Below are positions 1 through 11,300 of a DNA stretch of 64,000 nt, piece by piece. Under the pieces are notes generated by a model. That model was not told the DNA's origin and made no database searches. It saw only the letters and a program-made list of their open reading frames with translations. Source of the DNA: an uncultured cyanobacterium (GTDB lineage: Bacteria > Cyanobacteriota > Cyanobacteriia > Cyanobacteriales > Nostocaceae); NCBI GenBank assembly GCA_963740315.1, contig CAVUDP010000002.1, positions 2,400,001 through 2,464,000 of the forward strand, written 5' to 3'. Both the position numbers and the translations under genes were made by a program. Positions within the stretch are counted from its first letter, which is position 1. Each line of letters begins with the position of its first letter.

Positions 1-157
1 CAAAAGACTGACTTTCAAATTGACGATGAACGATAATAATTTTGTTGCTTTGCTGTGGTATTCGTCGTATCCAACGATGTATCGTCACAGAAAGCCCCGT
101 GAATAATGGAACATACAGCCCCATAAAAATCGCCATACCTAAAGCTTGTTTGTCCAT
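1..157 (-). CDS. 5' end of a probable GT4 glycosyltransferase of the hgl island (All5343/All5342-like), cut by the window edge
   Basis: Manual translation from ATG at 157: MDKQALGMAIFMGLYVPLFTGLSVTIHRWIRR..., open to base 1; resembles GT4 N-termini; 3 nt downstream of the DUF2141 gene, as in the Anabaena hgl island. Confidence 0.55.
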   Translation of the reverse strand, partial: MDKQALGMAIFMGLYVPLFTGLSVTIHRWIRRIPQQSNKIIIVHRQFESQSF

Positions 158-160
158 AAT

Positions 161-625
161 TTAGGGATCGAGAGAATATTTCATATCAATCTCAATAGTT
201 TGATTTTGTGTTAATGGAAAACTTGCTTGCGAGAACTTGGGAGTTCCAGTTTGTATTGACACGGTAGGATTATTTGAAATACCAAATCCTTCTTCAGGGA
301 TACCGAAAAAATCTCTATCGAGTTTGCGATCGCCATCGCGATCGTCAACTACCGCAACCGCATAAGTTCCCTTTTTTAATCCTGTAAATTCTTGTTTGAG
401 GGAATTTCCTGTTATTTTTGTGCATTGACTTTTAGCTTCACTGCTATTACTCAAAGGAAATCCGCGTTCGTTATCATAAATTCTCAGGCAAATCTGACCT
501 CGATCGCTTTTAATACCCTTTATAGCCACAGTTAATGTTGCAGAATCTTCTACAGCATTTGCTTTAACAACAAATCCGATAGTTGCTATAGAAAATAACA
601 AGCCACAAAATAGAGATGTTTTCAT
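161..625 (-). CDS. DUF2141 family secreted protein (All5344-like)
   Basis: Signal peptide; GTYAVAVVDDRDGDRKLDRDFFGIPEEGFGISNNP motif; synteny with hgdA. Confidence 0.85.
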   Translation of the reverse strand: MKTSLFCGLLFSIATIGFVVKANAVEDSATLTVAIKGIKSDRGQICLRIYDNERGFPLSNSSEAKSQCTKITGNSLKQEFTGLKKGTYAVAVVDDRDGDRKLDRDFFGIPEEGFGISNNPTVSIQTGTPKFSQASFPLTQNQTIEIDMKYSLDP

Positions 626-629
626 AATA

Positions 630-760
630 TTAGTTGTTAGTAGATAGTTGTTAGTAGATAGTTGTTAGGAGTATTGAGTTAGGAATATTGAGTATTGAGT
701 ATTGAGTTAGGAATTATCTCCCCCCTCTACCCCCTCTACCCCCTCTCCCTATTCCCCATT
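630..760. repeat. STRR tracts (TAGTTGT, GTATTGA, CCCCTCTAC units)
   Basis: Tandem 7-9-mers visible in the intergenic DNA. Confidence 0.85.
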
Positions 761-762
761 CT

Positions 763-1749
763 CTATTTATCTTTATTTTTCAGCCATTCCTGAATGCGAA
801 CCATTCCTTCATCTAAAGAAATAGCTGGTTGATAATTTAATTTTCGGCGTGCTTTCTCAATAGAAAAAGCATAAGGACGGCTCATAAAATCTGCTGCTTC
901 TGGAAGAATATCTGGTTGTTTGCGAAGAAGTTTTTGTCCTTGACAGCGCAAATTCAAAAATATTTTAATTTCGTCTTTTGGCATAGATGAAGGAGCGGGA
1001 TGACCTGCTATTTCTGCTAAACGAGTAAAATATTCTTGCGGAGAAGTTTCTTTCCCGTCGGTAATATTAAAAACTTCACCGTTTTGATCTTTTTCTATCG
1101 CCAGAAAAATGGCATCAATCAAATTATCTACATATACATGATTAATAACCTTTCCTTCTTTGGTATAAGCAAATAATTTTTGCTGCATTAATGATAGAGG
1201 TCGAACCGTCCAAGGAATAGAACCTGGTCCGTAAACATCTCCAGCACGGATGATTATAATACCAAAATCTTGTGAATGATTCAGTTGCTGTAGAGCTTTT
1301 TCTGCTTCTATTTTTGTTTGACAATAAGGATTCTTTTCTTTTACAAGTTGTTCGTTCTCACTCACACCGTTAGGATATTCAAAACCATAAACTAAAGCAG
1401 TGGAAAGATGAACAAAAGTTTTGATGCCAGCATTGCGAGCAGCTTTACCAATATTGACGGTTCCATCAATATTTACCTGACTAAATTCTTTAATGCTTCC
1501 TCCTTCTTTTGCAACTTCTTCAGTATGCAAAACTATATCCGCTTGCTCACAAGCTTTCTGAGCAATAGATGGATCGGTTACACTACCGATAAAAACTTCA
1601 GCCCCTATTTGTTGAGCTTTTTTAGCTAAGTCGGCATCTTTTTCCAATCCACGGACTTTTAAGCCTTTAGCTATAGCTATTTCGGCTGTACGTAAACCAA
1701 TAAATCCACCAATTCCAGTGATAAGTAAAGTTTTATCTGTAAGATTCAT
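763..1749 (-). CDS. hgdA: NAD-dependent epimerase/dehydratase, heterocyst glycolipid deposition protein
   Basis: ITGIGGFIG Rossmann motif, YCQTK (YxxxK); directly downstream of hgdC. Confidence 0.8.
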   Translation of the reverse strand: MNLTDKTLLITGIGGFIGLRTAEIAIAKGLKVRGLEKDADLAKKAQQIGAEVFIGSVTDPSIAQKACEQADIVLHTEEVAKEGGSIKEFSQVNIDGTVNIGKAARNAGIKTFVHLSTALVYGFEYPNGVSENEQLVKEKNPYCQTKIEAEKALQQLNHSQDFGIIIIRAGDVYGPGSIPWTVRPLSLMQQKLFAYTKEGKVINHVYVDNLIDAIFLAIEKDQNGEVFNITDGKETSPQEYFTRLAEIAGHPAPSSMPKDEIKIFLNLRCQGQKLLRKQPDILPEAADFMSRPYAFSIEKARRKLNYQPAISLDEGMVRIQEWLKNKDK

Positions 1750-2051
1750 GTTTTCTCGCTTATATAAGGTTAAAGGTTAAAGGTCAAAGGTCTGCATGTT
1801 AAATAAAAACTCCTAAGTGGGGTAACACTAATAAATTTAACTATGTAACTAAAAGTAATTTGCTCAAAACGAATCGGATGAACTGCACATAAAGATGAAG
1901 TCTTGCACTGGTAACGGCGAGATTCATTTTTATGCGTCGTCGTACCTTTATTCCCTACGAGGTAACACTCAGCTTTTGTGTTAAAGGCAAGTATGTTTTT
2001 GTTTAAATATACCCACATACCTACTTAACTCCTAAATCCTAACTCCTAACT

Positions 2052-3227
2052 CTAAAAGATATCTGCCGGGTCTGCGGAACGGAGTTGATTTATAGTTAAT
2101 GCACCGGATATCATGCACATTAAAGCTGTTGCGATTAAAACTGCTAGTGCATTGTTGAAGCTCATATTTATGGGTAGTTTTGTTGCTTTCATTGCAAAGT
2201 CATATAGATAATTAGAGACAATCCAACCAGGGATATAACCTAAGATTGCTAAAATGAAAGCTTGTTTAAAAACTACTCTTAATAAATAATTATTGGCATA
2301 ACCTATAGCTTTTAAAGTTGCGTATGCTACTAATTGACTGGCAATATTGCTAAATAAGATTTGATAAACAATAACTATTCCAACAACAGAACCCATTGTT
2401 AACATTAGTTTTAAAATAAAACCGATTGGCGTTCTAGTAGCCCAATATTCTTTTTCAAAGTTAACAAATTCTTCCTGAGTAAATAATTGGACATCATCGG
2501 GTAGCGAGGATCGTAATTCTTGCAAAACTTGTTCGGAAGTTGCTCCCGGACTAAGATCGATCGCTCCGATATCTATTTTGTCTGGAGGTCTACCATTTTG
2601 AAATATTCGTACAAAAGTTGTATCGCTAACAATTAAGTTACCATCTACCCCAAAAGAAGGACCTAAGCTAAATAATCCACCTACTCTAACTCTATATCCT
2701 GTTAATGAATCGAAGGGAAATATTTCTATTGTTGTTTCAACTCCCCGTCTAAACCGCGTGGCAACATCCCCAAATTCCGGTCGAGAATTTTCATCAAATA
2801 ATACCACATCAGATAATTTGAGTTTGTCTATATTTTTTTCTATTCCTGGTAAATTGATAATAGGCTTCCCCGGTTCAAAGCCCATAACGTATATTGAATA
2901 TTTTTCACCCGTGTCAGGATTTTTTAATTTAGCAAATCCTAAATAAATTGGAGTAACTGATTCAACACCTTTAAATCCTAAAGCTTGGTATAAACTTGTC
3001 CGAGAAAAGCTTTGGGTAGCAGTTAAAGCTTTATATTGAGAACTAACTAAAAACAAGTCTCCTTGAAGACTTTGATGTACTTGAGTAGCACTACTATATA
3101 GAGCATCTTGAAATCCAAGTTGCATAAACATTAGTATCACAATAAAAGCGATACCGGCTACAGCTACTAAAGAACGAAATTTGTTTCGGATTAGCTGTAA
3201 CCATGCTATAGGGGTTTTTGAAGCCAT
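2052..3227 (-). CDS. hgdC: DevC-family ABC exporter permease
   Basis: IAWLQL N-terminus, FMQLGFQDAL, YATLKAIGY, C-terminal ADPADIF; paired with a DevB homologue in the hgl island. Confidence 0.85.
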   Translation of the reverse strand: MASKTPIAWLQLIRNKFRSLVAVAGIAFIVILMFMQLGFQDALYSSATQVHQSLQGDLFLVSSQYKALTATQSFSRTSLYQALGFKGVESVTPIYLGFAKLKNPDTGEKYSIYVMGFEPGKPIINLPGIEKNIDKLKLSDVVLFDENSRPEFGDVATRFRRGVETTIEIFPFDSLTGYRVRVGGLFSLGPSFGVDGNLIVSDTTFVRIFQNGRPPDKIDIGAIDLSPGATSEQVLQELRSSLPDDVQLFTQEEFVNFEKEYWATRTPIGFILKLMLTMGSVVGIVIVYQILFSNIASQLVAYATLKAIGYANNYLLRVVFKQAFILAILGYIPGWIVSNYLYDFAMKATKLPINMSFNNALAVLIATALMCMISGALTINQLRSADPADIF

Positions 3228-3398
3228 GATTGTGAAGTATTAAAATTAGGATGAATCAAGTATAAATGAAGTCTGAAGGATGAAATAAATCGGTAGTTTA
3301 TATAGGTACTATTATGTAAATTCTGTTGCTGATTTCATTCCCAATTACCTATTACCAAATACTTATTTATAAAATCATCCTTCTACTTTCATTTTTGT

Positions 3399-4595
3399 CT
3401 AAATTTGAATGGCGACATCTACCTGTAAGTTGGTTAAACCCGCGATCAATTTGTTATCCTCTAGTTCGTCAATACGGATTTTTACCTCAACTATTCTTCG
3501 ATCGGTATCTGCTCCTGGATTAATATTGAGAATTTTTTGTCTGTCAACTAATAACCCAATCTCGGTAACGGTTCCTTCTATTTTCCGAGGTAATGCTGTA
3601 CTCGTAATCAAGGCTTTTTGACCTAGACGCACTTTCTTAATATCTGTCTGATAAACTTCTGCAACTACATACATTTGATTAATTTTACCTATCTCCATGA
3701 TTCCTTCGGAGGAAACCACTTCTCCTGGTTTGCTGTTAATTTTTAACACCGTGCCGGTAATAGGAGATTTAAGAATGGTTGATTCTTGTTCTGCTTTCGC
3801 TTGCTCTACGCCAGAGGTTGCACTTTTAACTTCAGCTTGTGCAACTTGAACGTCTTGAGGACGAACTTCTTTTTGGCTGTCTAGTTTAGCTTTGGCTTCT
3901 CTGATTTGGTCTTGTATGGTGTTAACACTGGTGTTGAGGGTTGCTTGGGCTTCGTTAAGCTGCTGCTGTAAAGTCTTTACTTGCAAACCTTTGCTGTCTG
4001 CTACTTGATCGGAAACCGCACCCTGTTGATATAACTTTTGGTAGCGATCGAATTCGGTCTGTGCATTATCTAGCTCTGCTTGCAAGCGTGCAACAGTAGC
4101 ATTCCCTGTAGCAATTTCTCCTTGTAGTTGCGATTCTAGTCTGGAAACGATTGCTTGTTGAGCGTCAATATCTCCGGTTTTAGCTCCAGCTTGTACTTGA
4201 GCTAACTTAGCTTGAGCAACTTTAACTTTATCTGAAGCTTGTTGTACGTTGACTGTAGCGCGAGTGTAACCTTCGAGCAATGCTACTATCTGTCCGGCTT
4301 TTACTCTACTTCCTTGGTTTACAAATAATTTTTCTACCCGCAATCCGTTAGCCGAATTGGGGGCTGATAGCTGAATTACCCTACCTTCGGGTTCAATACT
4401 TCCTAAAGCAGTAATTGCAACTCTCGCAGGAGTTGTATTAGTGGGAGTAGGCGATCGCGAAGAAAGATTGGGACGAAATCGTAAAAAGCTGTAGAAACCA
4501 ATCAGCGCTGTAGCTAAAGCAATGGAAGTTGCTAAAACTAATCGCCACCGAGTGCTAGGTTTTTCAATAAACTCCCTTTCCTTATCTACTGACAT
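3399..4595 (-). CDS. hgdB: DevB-family membrane fusion protein (ATG 4595 preferred over TTG 4622)
   Basis: N-terminal TM, ALGSIEPEG, long coiled coil, VVAEVYQTDI, LTNLQVDVAI. Confidence 0.85.
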   Translation of the reverse strand: MSVDKEREFIEKPSTRWRLVLATSIALATALIGFYSFLRFRPNLSSRSPTPTNTTPARVAITALGSIEPEGRVIQLSAPNSANGLRVEKLFVNQGSRVKAGQIVALLEGYTRATVNVQQASDKVKVAQAKLAQVQAGAKTGDIDAQQAIVSRLESQLQGEIATGNATVARLQAELDNAQTEFDRYQKLYQQGAVSDQVADSKGLQVKTLQQQLNEAQATLNTSVNTIQDQIREAKAKLDSQKEVRPQDVQVAQAEVKSATSGVEQAKAEQESTILKSPITGTVLKINSKPGEVVSSEGIMEIGKINQMYVVAEVYQTDIKKVRLGQKALITSTALPRKIEGTVTEIGLLVDRQKILNINPGADTDRRIVEVKIRIDELEDNKLIAGLTNLQVDVAIQI

Positions 4596-4675
4596 ATTTT
4601 GATTCCAATTATGAAGAGCCAAGTTTTGTATAACAGCGATATTAATAAATTACTCAATTTACTGATTTACTATTC

Positions 4676-4707
4676 TAAAAACCGTTTTTATATAAAGACG
4701 GTTTTTA
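4676..4707. promoter_or_regulatory. 32-bp near-perfect palindrome in the hgdB / ParB-like divergent promoter region
   Basis: TAAAAACCGTTTTTATATAAAGACGGTTTTTA, one mismatched pair; function inferred only. Confidence 0.4.
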
Positions 4708-5573
4708 CGCAAAGACAGTAGATAGTAATGTGTTGAAAAAATTTCTAGTTTTTAAGTAGCTATCGCATATTACTGCGTACATAAATAATTAAAAATGGTG
4801 ATGAGACATTAAGTAAGATTAAGGTAAGAAATGAACCTTTAATCAATAAATTGTAATATTTGACTATTACCAATATCGAAATTTAAAAATTAATGGTTTA
4901 CCAGCGAAATATTTCCTAATTTTTATTCTATATTATTAATAAGGTATTGTTCCAGTAAATAGCAGTAACGCTCTTCACAAAAACTAAACTTTATTTGAAG
5001 TAGTCAGAAAAATGAAGCGCTTAGAGGATAGCTCGAAAAAACTTGTCTTCAAGTATGGCAAACAGGTCTGATATTGTCAATCTACTTTTAGGAATAGTTA
5101 ATCCGAATCAATTTTACTACTTTAAATGACGCTGCACGAAATGATTTAATAGGGTTCTTACCGCCTCGTACATCCTATTATTTAGCCATAAAACAATACC
5201 TTATAATATTTGTTACAAACTTTTTGTGGCAATAAATACAAACATAAATGTAATTGTTTTAGTTTGCTTTTATCGGGAGCAAACTTCTGTAAGCTCGCGT
5301 CTGGAATCTCGAATCCAAATATTTAGTTTTGACGACTTTAATTTATAAAGATTGTTTTTAGCTATGATATTTTTGCTATCAAGTAGATTGATTTAAGGCA
5401 ATATAGGAGGCATAAATTTATAACTCTTAAAAAGATTTACATTAAATATGTGAATATTAAGTTGATATCAAGTTATTACCAGTATTGTGAGATAAAATTA
5501 TTTTATGACATTTTCAAGGCATACAAATATCAATCAAATATCAGTCGGTATATTGTTCTGAAAGCATTTTATT

Positions 5574-6953
5574 ATGTCTGAAATATCTCAAGTATCGATA
5601 AACAAAATTAGATACGGTAACAATCGCCGTCCAATTAATGATGAAAAAGTCGAACAGTTACAAAAATCTATTCAGTTGAATGGTTTGCTCAACCCGATCA
5701 CAATAGATCCCAATTTCAACTTGATTGCTGGATTGCACCGTTTGACTGCCTGCAAGTTGCTGGGTTTTAAAGAAATTGAATGCAATATAGTAGTTTATGA
5801 TTCAGACGAGCAGGCTAGATTAGCTGAAATCGATGAAAATTTGATTCGTAACGAACTAGAACCCCTTGAAAGAGGAAAGCTAGTCTTAGAAAGAGAAAAA
5901 ATTCTGATTAAATTAGGGATGAGGGCGAAAGCTGGTGATAATCAATACACTCTTAAAAATGAGAATGGTAGTGAAATAAATTCACCACCTATCAAAACCA
6001 CCCAACAGTTAGCAAAACAAGCCGGTTATAGCGAACGCAGCTGGCAACATGACAAGCAAATAGCTAGAGATATTGCCCCAAAAATTCAAAAAATCATTCA
6101 GAAAACCCCTATAGCCGAGAAAAAAACCACCTTACTTTCGATTGCTAGGGCTGGTAGAAAAGAGCGGATTCTAGCAGAAAAAGCCCTACAAGGTTATGAA
6201 TTAGCCTTATCTAAAGGCGATCGCGAAGAAGCCGAAAAACAAGCCAAACTCGCAGCAATTTCACGCGCCAAACAAGAAGAATCGCAGCTACAAGCATTTC
6301 ACAGCGCAATGGCGGAGCTGACTGCTAAGTTAGATAAGAAGGAACAACAAACAGTGAAACAGCCCTTAATTCTTAATTCGCTACACTTTAACCAAAACTC
6401 GCTGCCAAAAATTGGCGATAAATGGACTTTGGGCAACCGCCATCTTGTATATTATGGCGACACTGCCCAAAAAGAGTTTATTAAACTGTTACCCTCAAAC
6501 GCGGCTTTAGCAATCGCAACTTTTTCGGATGTATGGAATCACGACTATTTAATAGATGAAGCTGCTGTTGTGGCGGTATTGCGATCGCAAGACAATATTT
6601 ATCAGTTTTGCAGCACAACGCGGATGAATTTTCAGTATGAATTGCTATTGGGCAAAATATATGTGGGAATTTTTTCGCGACGATCGATATCCAAACCAGA
6701 GATACCAGTAAATTTGGACAGCGTGGAGGGGATAATCCAGTATTTGATCGATATGTTTACAACTCAAAACAATTATGCGATCGCACCGTTCATGGGTAAC
6801 GGCGAAATTTTAATGGCTTGCGAAAAAATGCGCCGGGTGTGTTTTATCGGTGACGAAAATATCGATTCAATTCGTAACGGCATATCGCGTTGGGAAAGGT
6901 GGACGCAAAAACAACCCGAAAAAATAGCCCGTTCTAATTATTTATATTTTTGA
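5574..6953 (+). CDS. ParB/Srx-domain protein with a degenerate DNA-methylase-like C-terminal domain (Alr5348-like)
   Basis: GLLNPITI...LIAGLHRLTA, AEIDENLIRNEL; C-terminal GDKWTLGNRHLVYYGD and APFMGNG...ACEKMRRVCF. Confidence 0.8.
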   Translation: MSEISQVSINKIRYGNNRRPINDEKVEQLQKSIQLNGLLNPITIDPNFNLIAGLHRLTACKLLGFKEIECNIVVYDSDEQARLAEIDENLIRNELEPLERGKLVLEREKILIKLGMRAKAGDNQYTLKNENGSEINSPPIKTTQQLAKQAGYSERSWQHDKQIARDIAPKIQKIIQKTPIAEKKTTLLSIARAGRKERILAEKALQGYELALSKGDREEAEKQAKLAAISRAKQEESQLQAFHSAMAELTAKLDKKEQQTVKQPLILNSLHFNQNSLPKIGDKWTLGNRHLVYYGDTAQKEFIKLLPSNAALAIATFSDVWNHDYLIDEAAVVAVLRSQDNIYQFCSTTRMNFQYELLLGKIYVGIFSRRSISKPEIPVNLDSVEGIIQYLIDMFTTQNNYAIAPFMGNGEILMACEKMRRVCFIGDENIDSIRNGISRWERWTQKQPEKIARSNYLYF

Positions 6954-6975
6954 GAATCACAAGTAGCTAACGCAC

Positions 6976-7010
6976 TCCGCGCAAGGTGGGTTCACCGCCC
7001 GTGCGGATTT
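6976..7010 (+). terminator. GC-rich hairpin after the ParB-like gene
   Basis: TCCGCGC...GTGCGGA outer stem with an inner GGTGG/CCGCC stem, short T run after. Confidence 0.35.
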
Positions 7011-7795
7011 AAAGATACTTGATAATCCTCGATCGCATTTTAGATTTATCTAACTGCTCAAAGCGAACTATCTAATTATTTCGCATAGTTCCAATCGTCT
7101 ATTTATTTAATAGTTAAAAGTATTTTAATTATCTATTTCTCATTTCAAACAATTAGTAAAACTTAAATCATGCAATAGTAACTATCTTTGTTAATGTAAT
7201 TTGATATAGTTAATGTTGATATATCAACCTGATTTTTAACCATTAATTATTGCTGATGCTTAAATTATTATCATGTTCTCTTGAAAAAACCCCCTTTTAT
7301 AATAGAAATATTAGACTGTATATATAAAACTCATAAATCCTTCATAATAAAGAAGAACTTATATATTTTAAGCTTTTTCTCAAATTACCCTTAGAGATAT
7401 GAAGTTATTGATGATACTCTGAGTACAATATTTTTTATCGTTGAAGCATTTAAAAACATCCAGATTTATTTGCAAATTCCTCAAACCCGCCTAATCCGCT
7501 TTCTTTAAGCTGTGCTAACGTTGGTATTAATTCTAATTATTTCAAGTATTTAGACATTTAATAATTAGTTCATTCGTAACGGATAACTAAATAAAAACAG
7601 TCTAATTACTATGCTTGTAATAAAAGAAAATGGTTTGTTAGTTAATTTGATAAATTTTTCATCGAATTGGTGTGCGGCAGTAAAGGATTTATCAAATGTT
7701 TTTCAATATTTTAAATGGTGTGGTTTTGTAACTAACTTGTCAAACATTATTGTTTACAGTTCATAAAATTATCTTCCAAGGCATTTTAATTAGCT

Positions 7796-8071
7796 ATGGC
7801 ATTTATTAAAATACAGAACGTTGTCATTAATACGGATTACATAGCCGCAGTAAGGTTTAATAATCAGACCGGCTCCGATAAAAAGAGCGTTTCTGTTTTA
7901 GTAACTACTCCCAAACCTGCCCTTTTTGAATGGGAAACCGTGTCTTCACATCGTCAAAACGAATGGATGGAATTCACGGGTGTTGCTGCAAAGGCATTAG
8001 AAGATTATTTTTCCAGCTTCAATAATGTAACTGACCTTTTGCCTCAGTGTCATGAAACAAGTTTAATTTAG
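7796..8071 (+). CDS. Small hgl-island protein (Asr5349/Asr5350-like)
   Basis: 91 aa MAFIKIQNVVINTDYIAAV...; position just upstream of hglE. Confidence 0.7.
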   Translation: MAFIKIQNVVINTDYIAAVRFNNQTGSDKKSVSVLVTTPKPALFEWETVSSHRQNEWMEFTGVAAKALEDYFSSFNNVTDLLPQCHETSLI

Positions 8072-8379
8072 ACTTTTTCTTCTACCGTAAGATAGACGCG
8101 CAATGAGGACAAAATATTGGAAAGTATAAGTAGAGGAAATTATCTAAAAAATTTAAAAAAATAAATTAAACGGGGCTGCATTTCTCCTGAAATTATTGTT
8201 TGGGAAAAAGTATTTATAATTTACTTATCCAAATTAGTCATCCAATTTACTCATCCAATTTATTTATGAATTGGGTAGCTATACTATCTGCTCTAATAAC
8301 GGTATAGCTGAATTTTGTAGTCGCTACAAGTTTTATTTTAGCTATCGCAAGCAACCATACTAAAGTTATTTCATGTCCT

Positions 8380-11300
8380 ATGTCGGTTCAACCATTCGAT
8401 AAGGCATTGGCGCAATTGGAAGAACAAATCAACAATTGCGAAAAGGCTGTGAAGAGATTTATTAAAGTCAAACAAAAAATGCCCTCACAAGAATCTATTT
8501 CAATGAACAAAGTTAACACGCAATTGCAACATACTCCTATAGCCATCATTGGTATGGCATCAATTTTTCCCGAAGCTCGGAATTTACAGGAATATTGGCA
8601 AAATATTGTTAATAAAATAGATTGTATTACGGATATTCCCGAAACTCATTGGAATCTAGATGATTATTACGACGCTAATCCTAGAACTGCTGCCGACAAA
8701 ACTTATTGCAACAAGGGTGGATTTATTCCCCAGGTTGATTTTAACCCGATGGAATTCGGTATTCCCCCTAACATCTTGGAAGTTACAGATGTTTCGCAAC
8801 TATTAAGTTTGGTGGTTGCGAAGGAAGCAATGGAGGATGCTGGATACGATGAAAAACGCGAATTCAGCCGCGACAATATTGGAGTTGTCTTGGGTTCGGC
8901 AGCTTTGAAATTAGGGGTACCGTTGAGTGCGAGGTTGCAGTATCCTGTTTGGAGAAAAGCTTTAAAAAGCAGCGGTTTATCCGATGAAGATACAGAAAAA
9001 ATTATTGAAAAAATCCAAAGTGCTTACGTTAAGTGGGATGAGAATGCATTCCCCGGAATGTTATCGAATGTAGTTTCCGGGCGCATCGCCAACCGCTTTA
9101 ACTTTGGCGGGCTTAACTGTACGGTGGATGCGGCTTGTGCTAGTTCTTTGGCTGCTTTGAAAGTAGCAATTGGCGAGCTGGTAGAGCATCGCAGCGATAT
9201 GATGCTTACCGGAGGCGTGGATACAGATAATTCGATTACAGCATATATCAGTTTTAGTAAAACACCAGCGGTTTCTCCCGGCGACAAAGTTAAACCTTTT
9301 GATGCAAAATCCGACGGGATGATGTTGGGTGAAGGTTTGGGAATGATGGTTCTCAAGCGTTTGTCGGATGCCGAACGAGACGGCGATAAAATCTATGCAG
9401 TTATCAAGGGAGTTGGTACTTCTAGCGACGGCAGATTTAAGAGTATTTACGCACCTCGCAAAGAAGGACAAGTATCAGCTTTGCGACGAGCTTATGAAGA
9501 TGCAGGATTCGATCCTAGTACCGTAGATTTAGTAGAAGCCCACGGTACCGGGACTATGGCAGGCGATCCTACCGAGTTTGCATCTTTGCGAGAATATTTT
9601 AGCGAAGATAATTCTAAGAAACAGCATATTGCTTTGGGTAGCGTTAAATCGCAAATTGGACATACCAAAGCTGCGGCTGGTGCGGCTAGCTTGATTAAAA
9701 CCGTCTTGGCGCTGCATCACAAAATATTACCGCCTACCATCAACGTCACCCAGCCCAACCCCAAACTCAATATTAAAAATTCTCCCTTTTATTTGAATGC
9801 AGAAACTCGCCCTTGGATACGCGCCCAAGGACAATCACCCAGACGTGCGGGTGTAAGCTCTTTCGGCTTCGGTGGAACCAATTATCATATAGTCTTGGAA
9901 GAATACAACAGCGATCGCGATAGTGCGTATCGCTTGCACAAAGCACCCGATCAAGTGCTGTTGTTTGCAGAAAATCAAGCTGAGTTATTACAGCATAGTC
10001 TTACTACTTTAGAAAAGTTGCAATCGGCAACTGGAAACAAACATTATTCCGAACTGGTAGAAGCGAGCAAATTTAAAGAAATTCCCCAATCTTACGCCAG
10101 AATCGGGTTTGTTGCATCCTCAATATCAGAGGCTTGTAAGAGACTGCAAGTAAGCATCGACTTGCTGCAAAACAAACCATCAGCAACCGAATGGGAACAT
10201 CCCACCGGAATTCATTACCGTGCAGAAGGTTTGGATTTAGCCGGGAAAGTAGTTGCATTGTTCTCCGGACAAGGTTCGCAATATTTAAATATGGGCAAAG
10301 AAGTATTGATGAACTTCCCCCCATTGCGCCAAATGTACGGCTACATGGATAGTTTGTTACTCAAAGATAACTTGCAGCCGCTCTCGGAAATCGTCTTTCC
10401 CCATCCAGTATTTGAAGAAGAAGAGAAAAACGCGCAAATTGCTGCATTACAGCGCACCGAATACGCTCAACCAGCCATTGGAATGTTGAGTGCGGGATAT
10501 TATAAAGTGTTGCAACAAGCTGGATTTAAACCTGATTTTGTTGCCGGACATAGTTTCGGAGAACTAACAGCGCTGTGGGCGAGTGAAGCTTTAAGTGATG
10601 CAGATTATTGCGCCTTAGTCAAAGCTAGAGGTCAAGCAATGGCTGCACCCGAAGATCCCAACCACGATACCGGCGCGATGTTAGCGGTAAAAGAAGACTT
10701 AGGTAAAATCGAAGTATTCCTTAAAGATTATCCAAAAGTCCAGATTGCGAACTTGAACTCACCGCGTCAAGTCGTATTAGCCGGACCCACGCCAGAAATT
10801 CATCGATTACAAAAGATTCTCCACGACTCCGGATGTGCCGCCGTAGTGCTACCAGTTGCCGCCGCCTTCCACACACCGCTGATTGCCTTTGCTCAAAAAT
10901 CATTCGCGATCGCAACCAAAAGTATAGAATTCAAATCCCCCAAAATTCCCGTTTACACCAACGTTACAGCAAAACAGTATGAGAGAGAACCCCGCGACTT
11001 ACAAAAAACCCTCGAATCACAACTATCCAACTCTGTATTATTTAAACAGGAAATAGAAAACATCTATGCAGACGGTGGTTACTGCTTCGTAGAATTCGGA
11101 CCCAGAAAAATTCTCACCAACTTAGTCAAAGATATATTAGGCGATCGCCCTCATATGGCAGTTGCTTTAAATTCAAGTCCCAGAAAAGACAGCGACTACT
11201 GTTTGAGAGAAGCCGTCATCCAGTTACGGGTTGCCGGGATAACTTTGAAAAACCTCGACCCCTATCAAGTACCGTCGGTAGTTAAACCTACGGAAGCTAA

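Noticed and set aside
1770..2018. 82-aa ORF or ncRNA between hgdC and hgdA
   Set aside because: No RBS or motif, ends in an STRR; only a weak hairpin near 1910-1947
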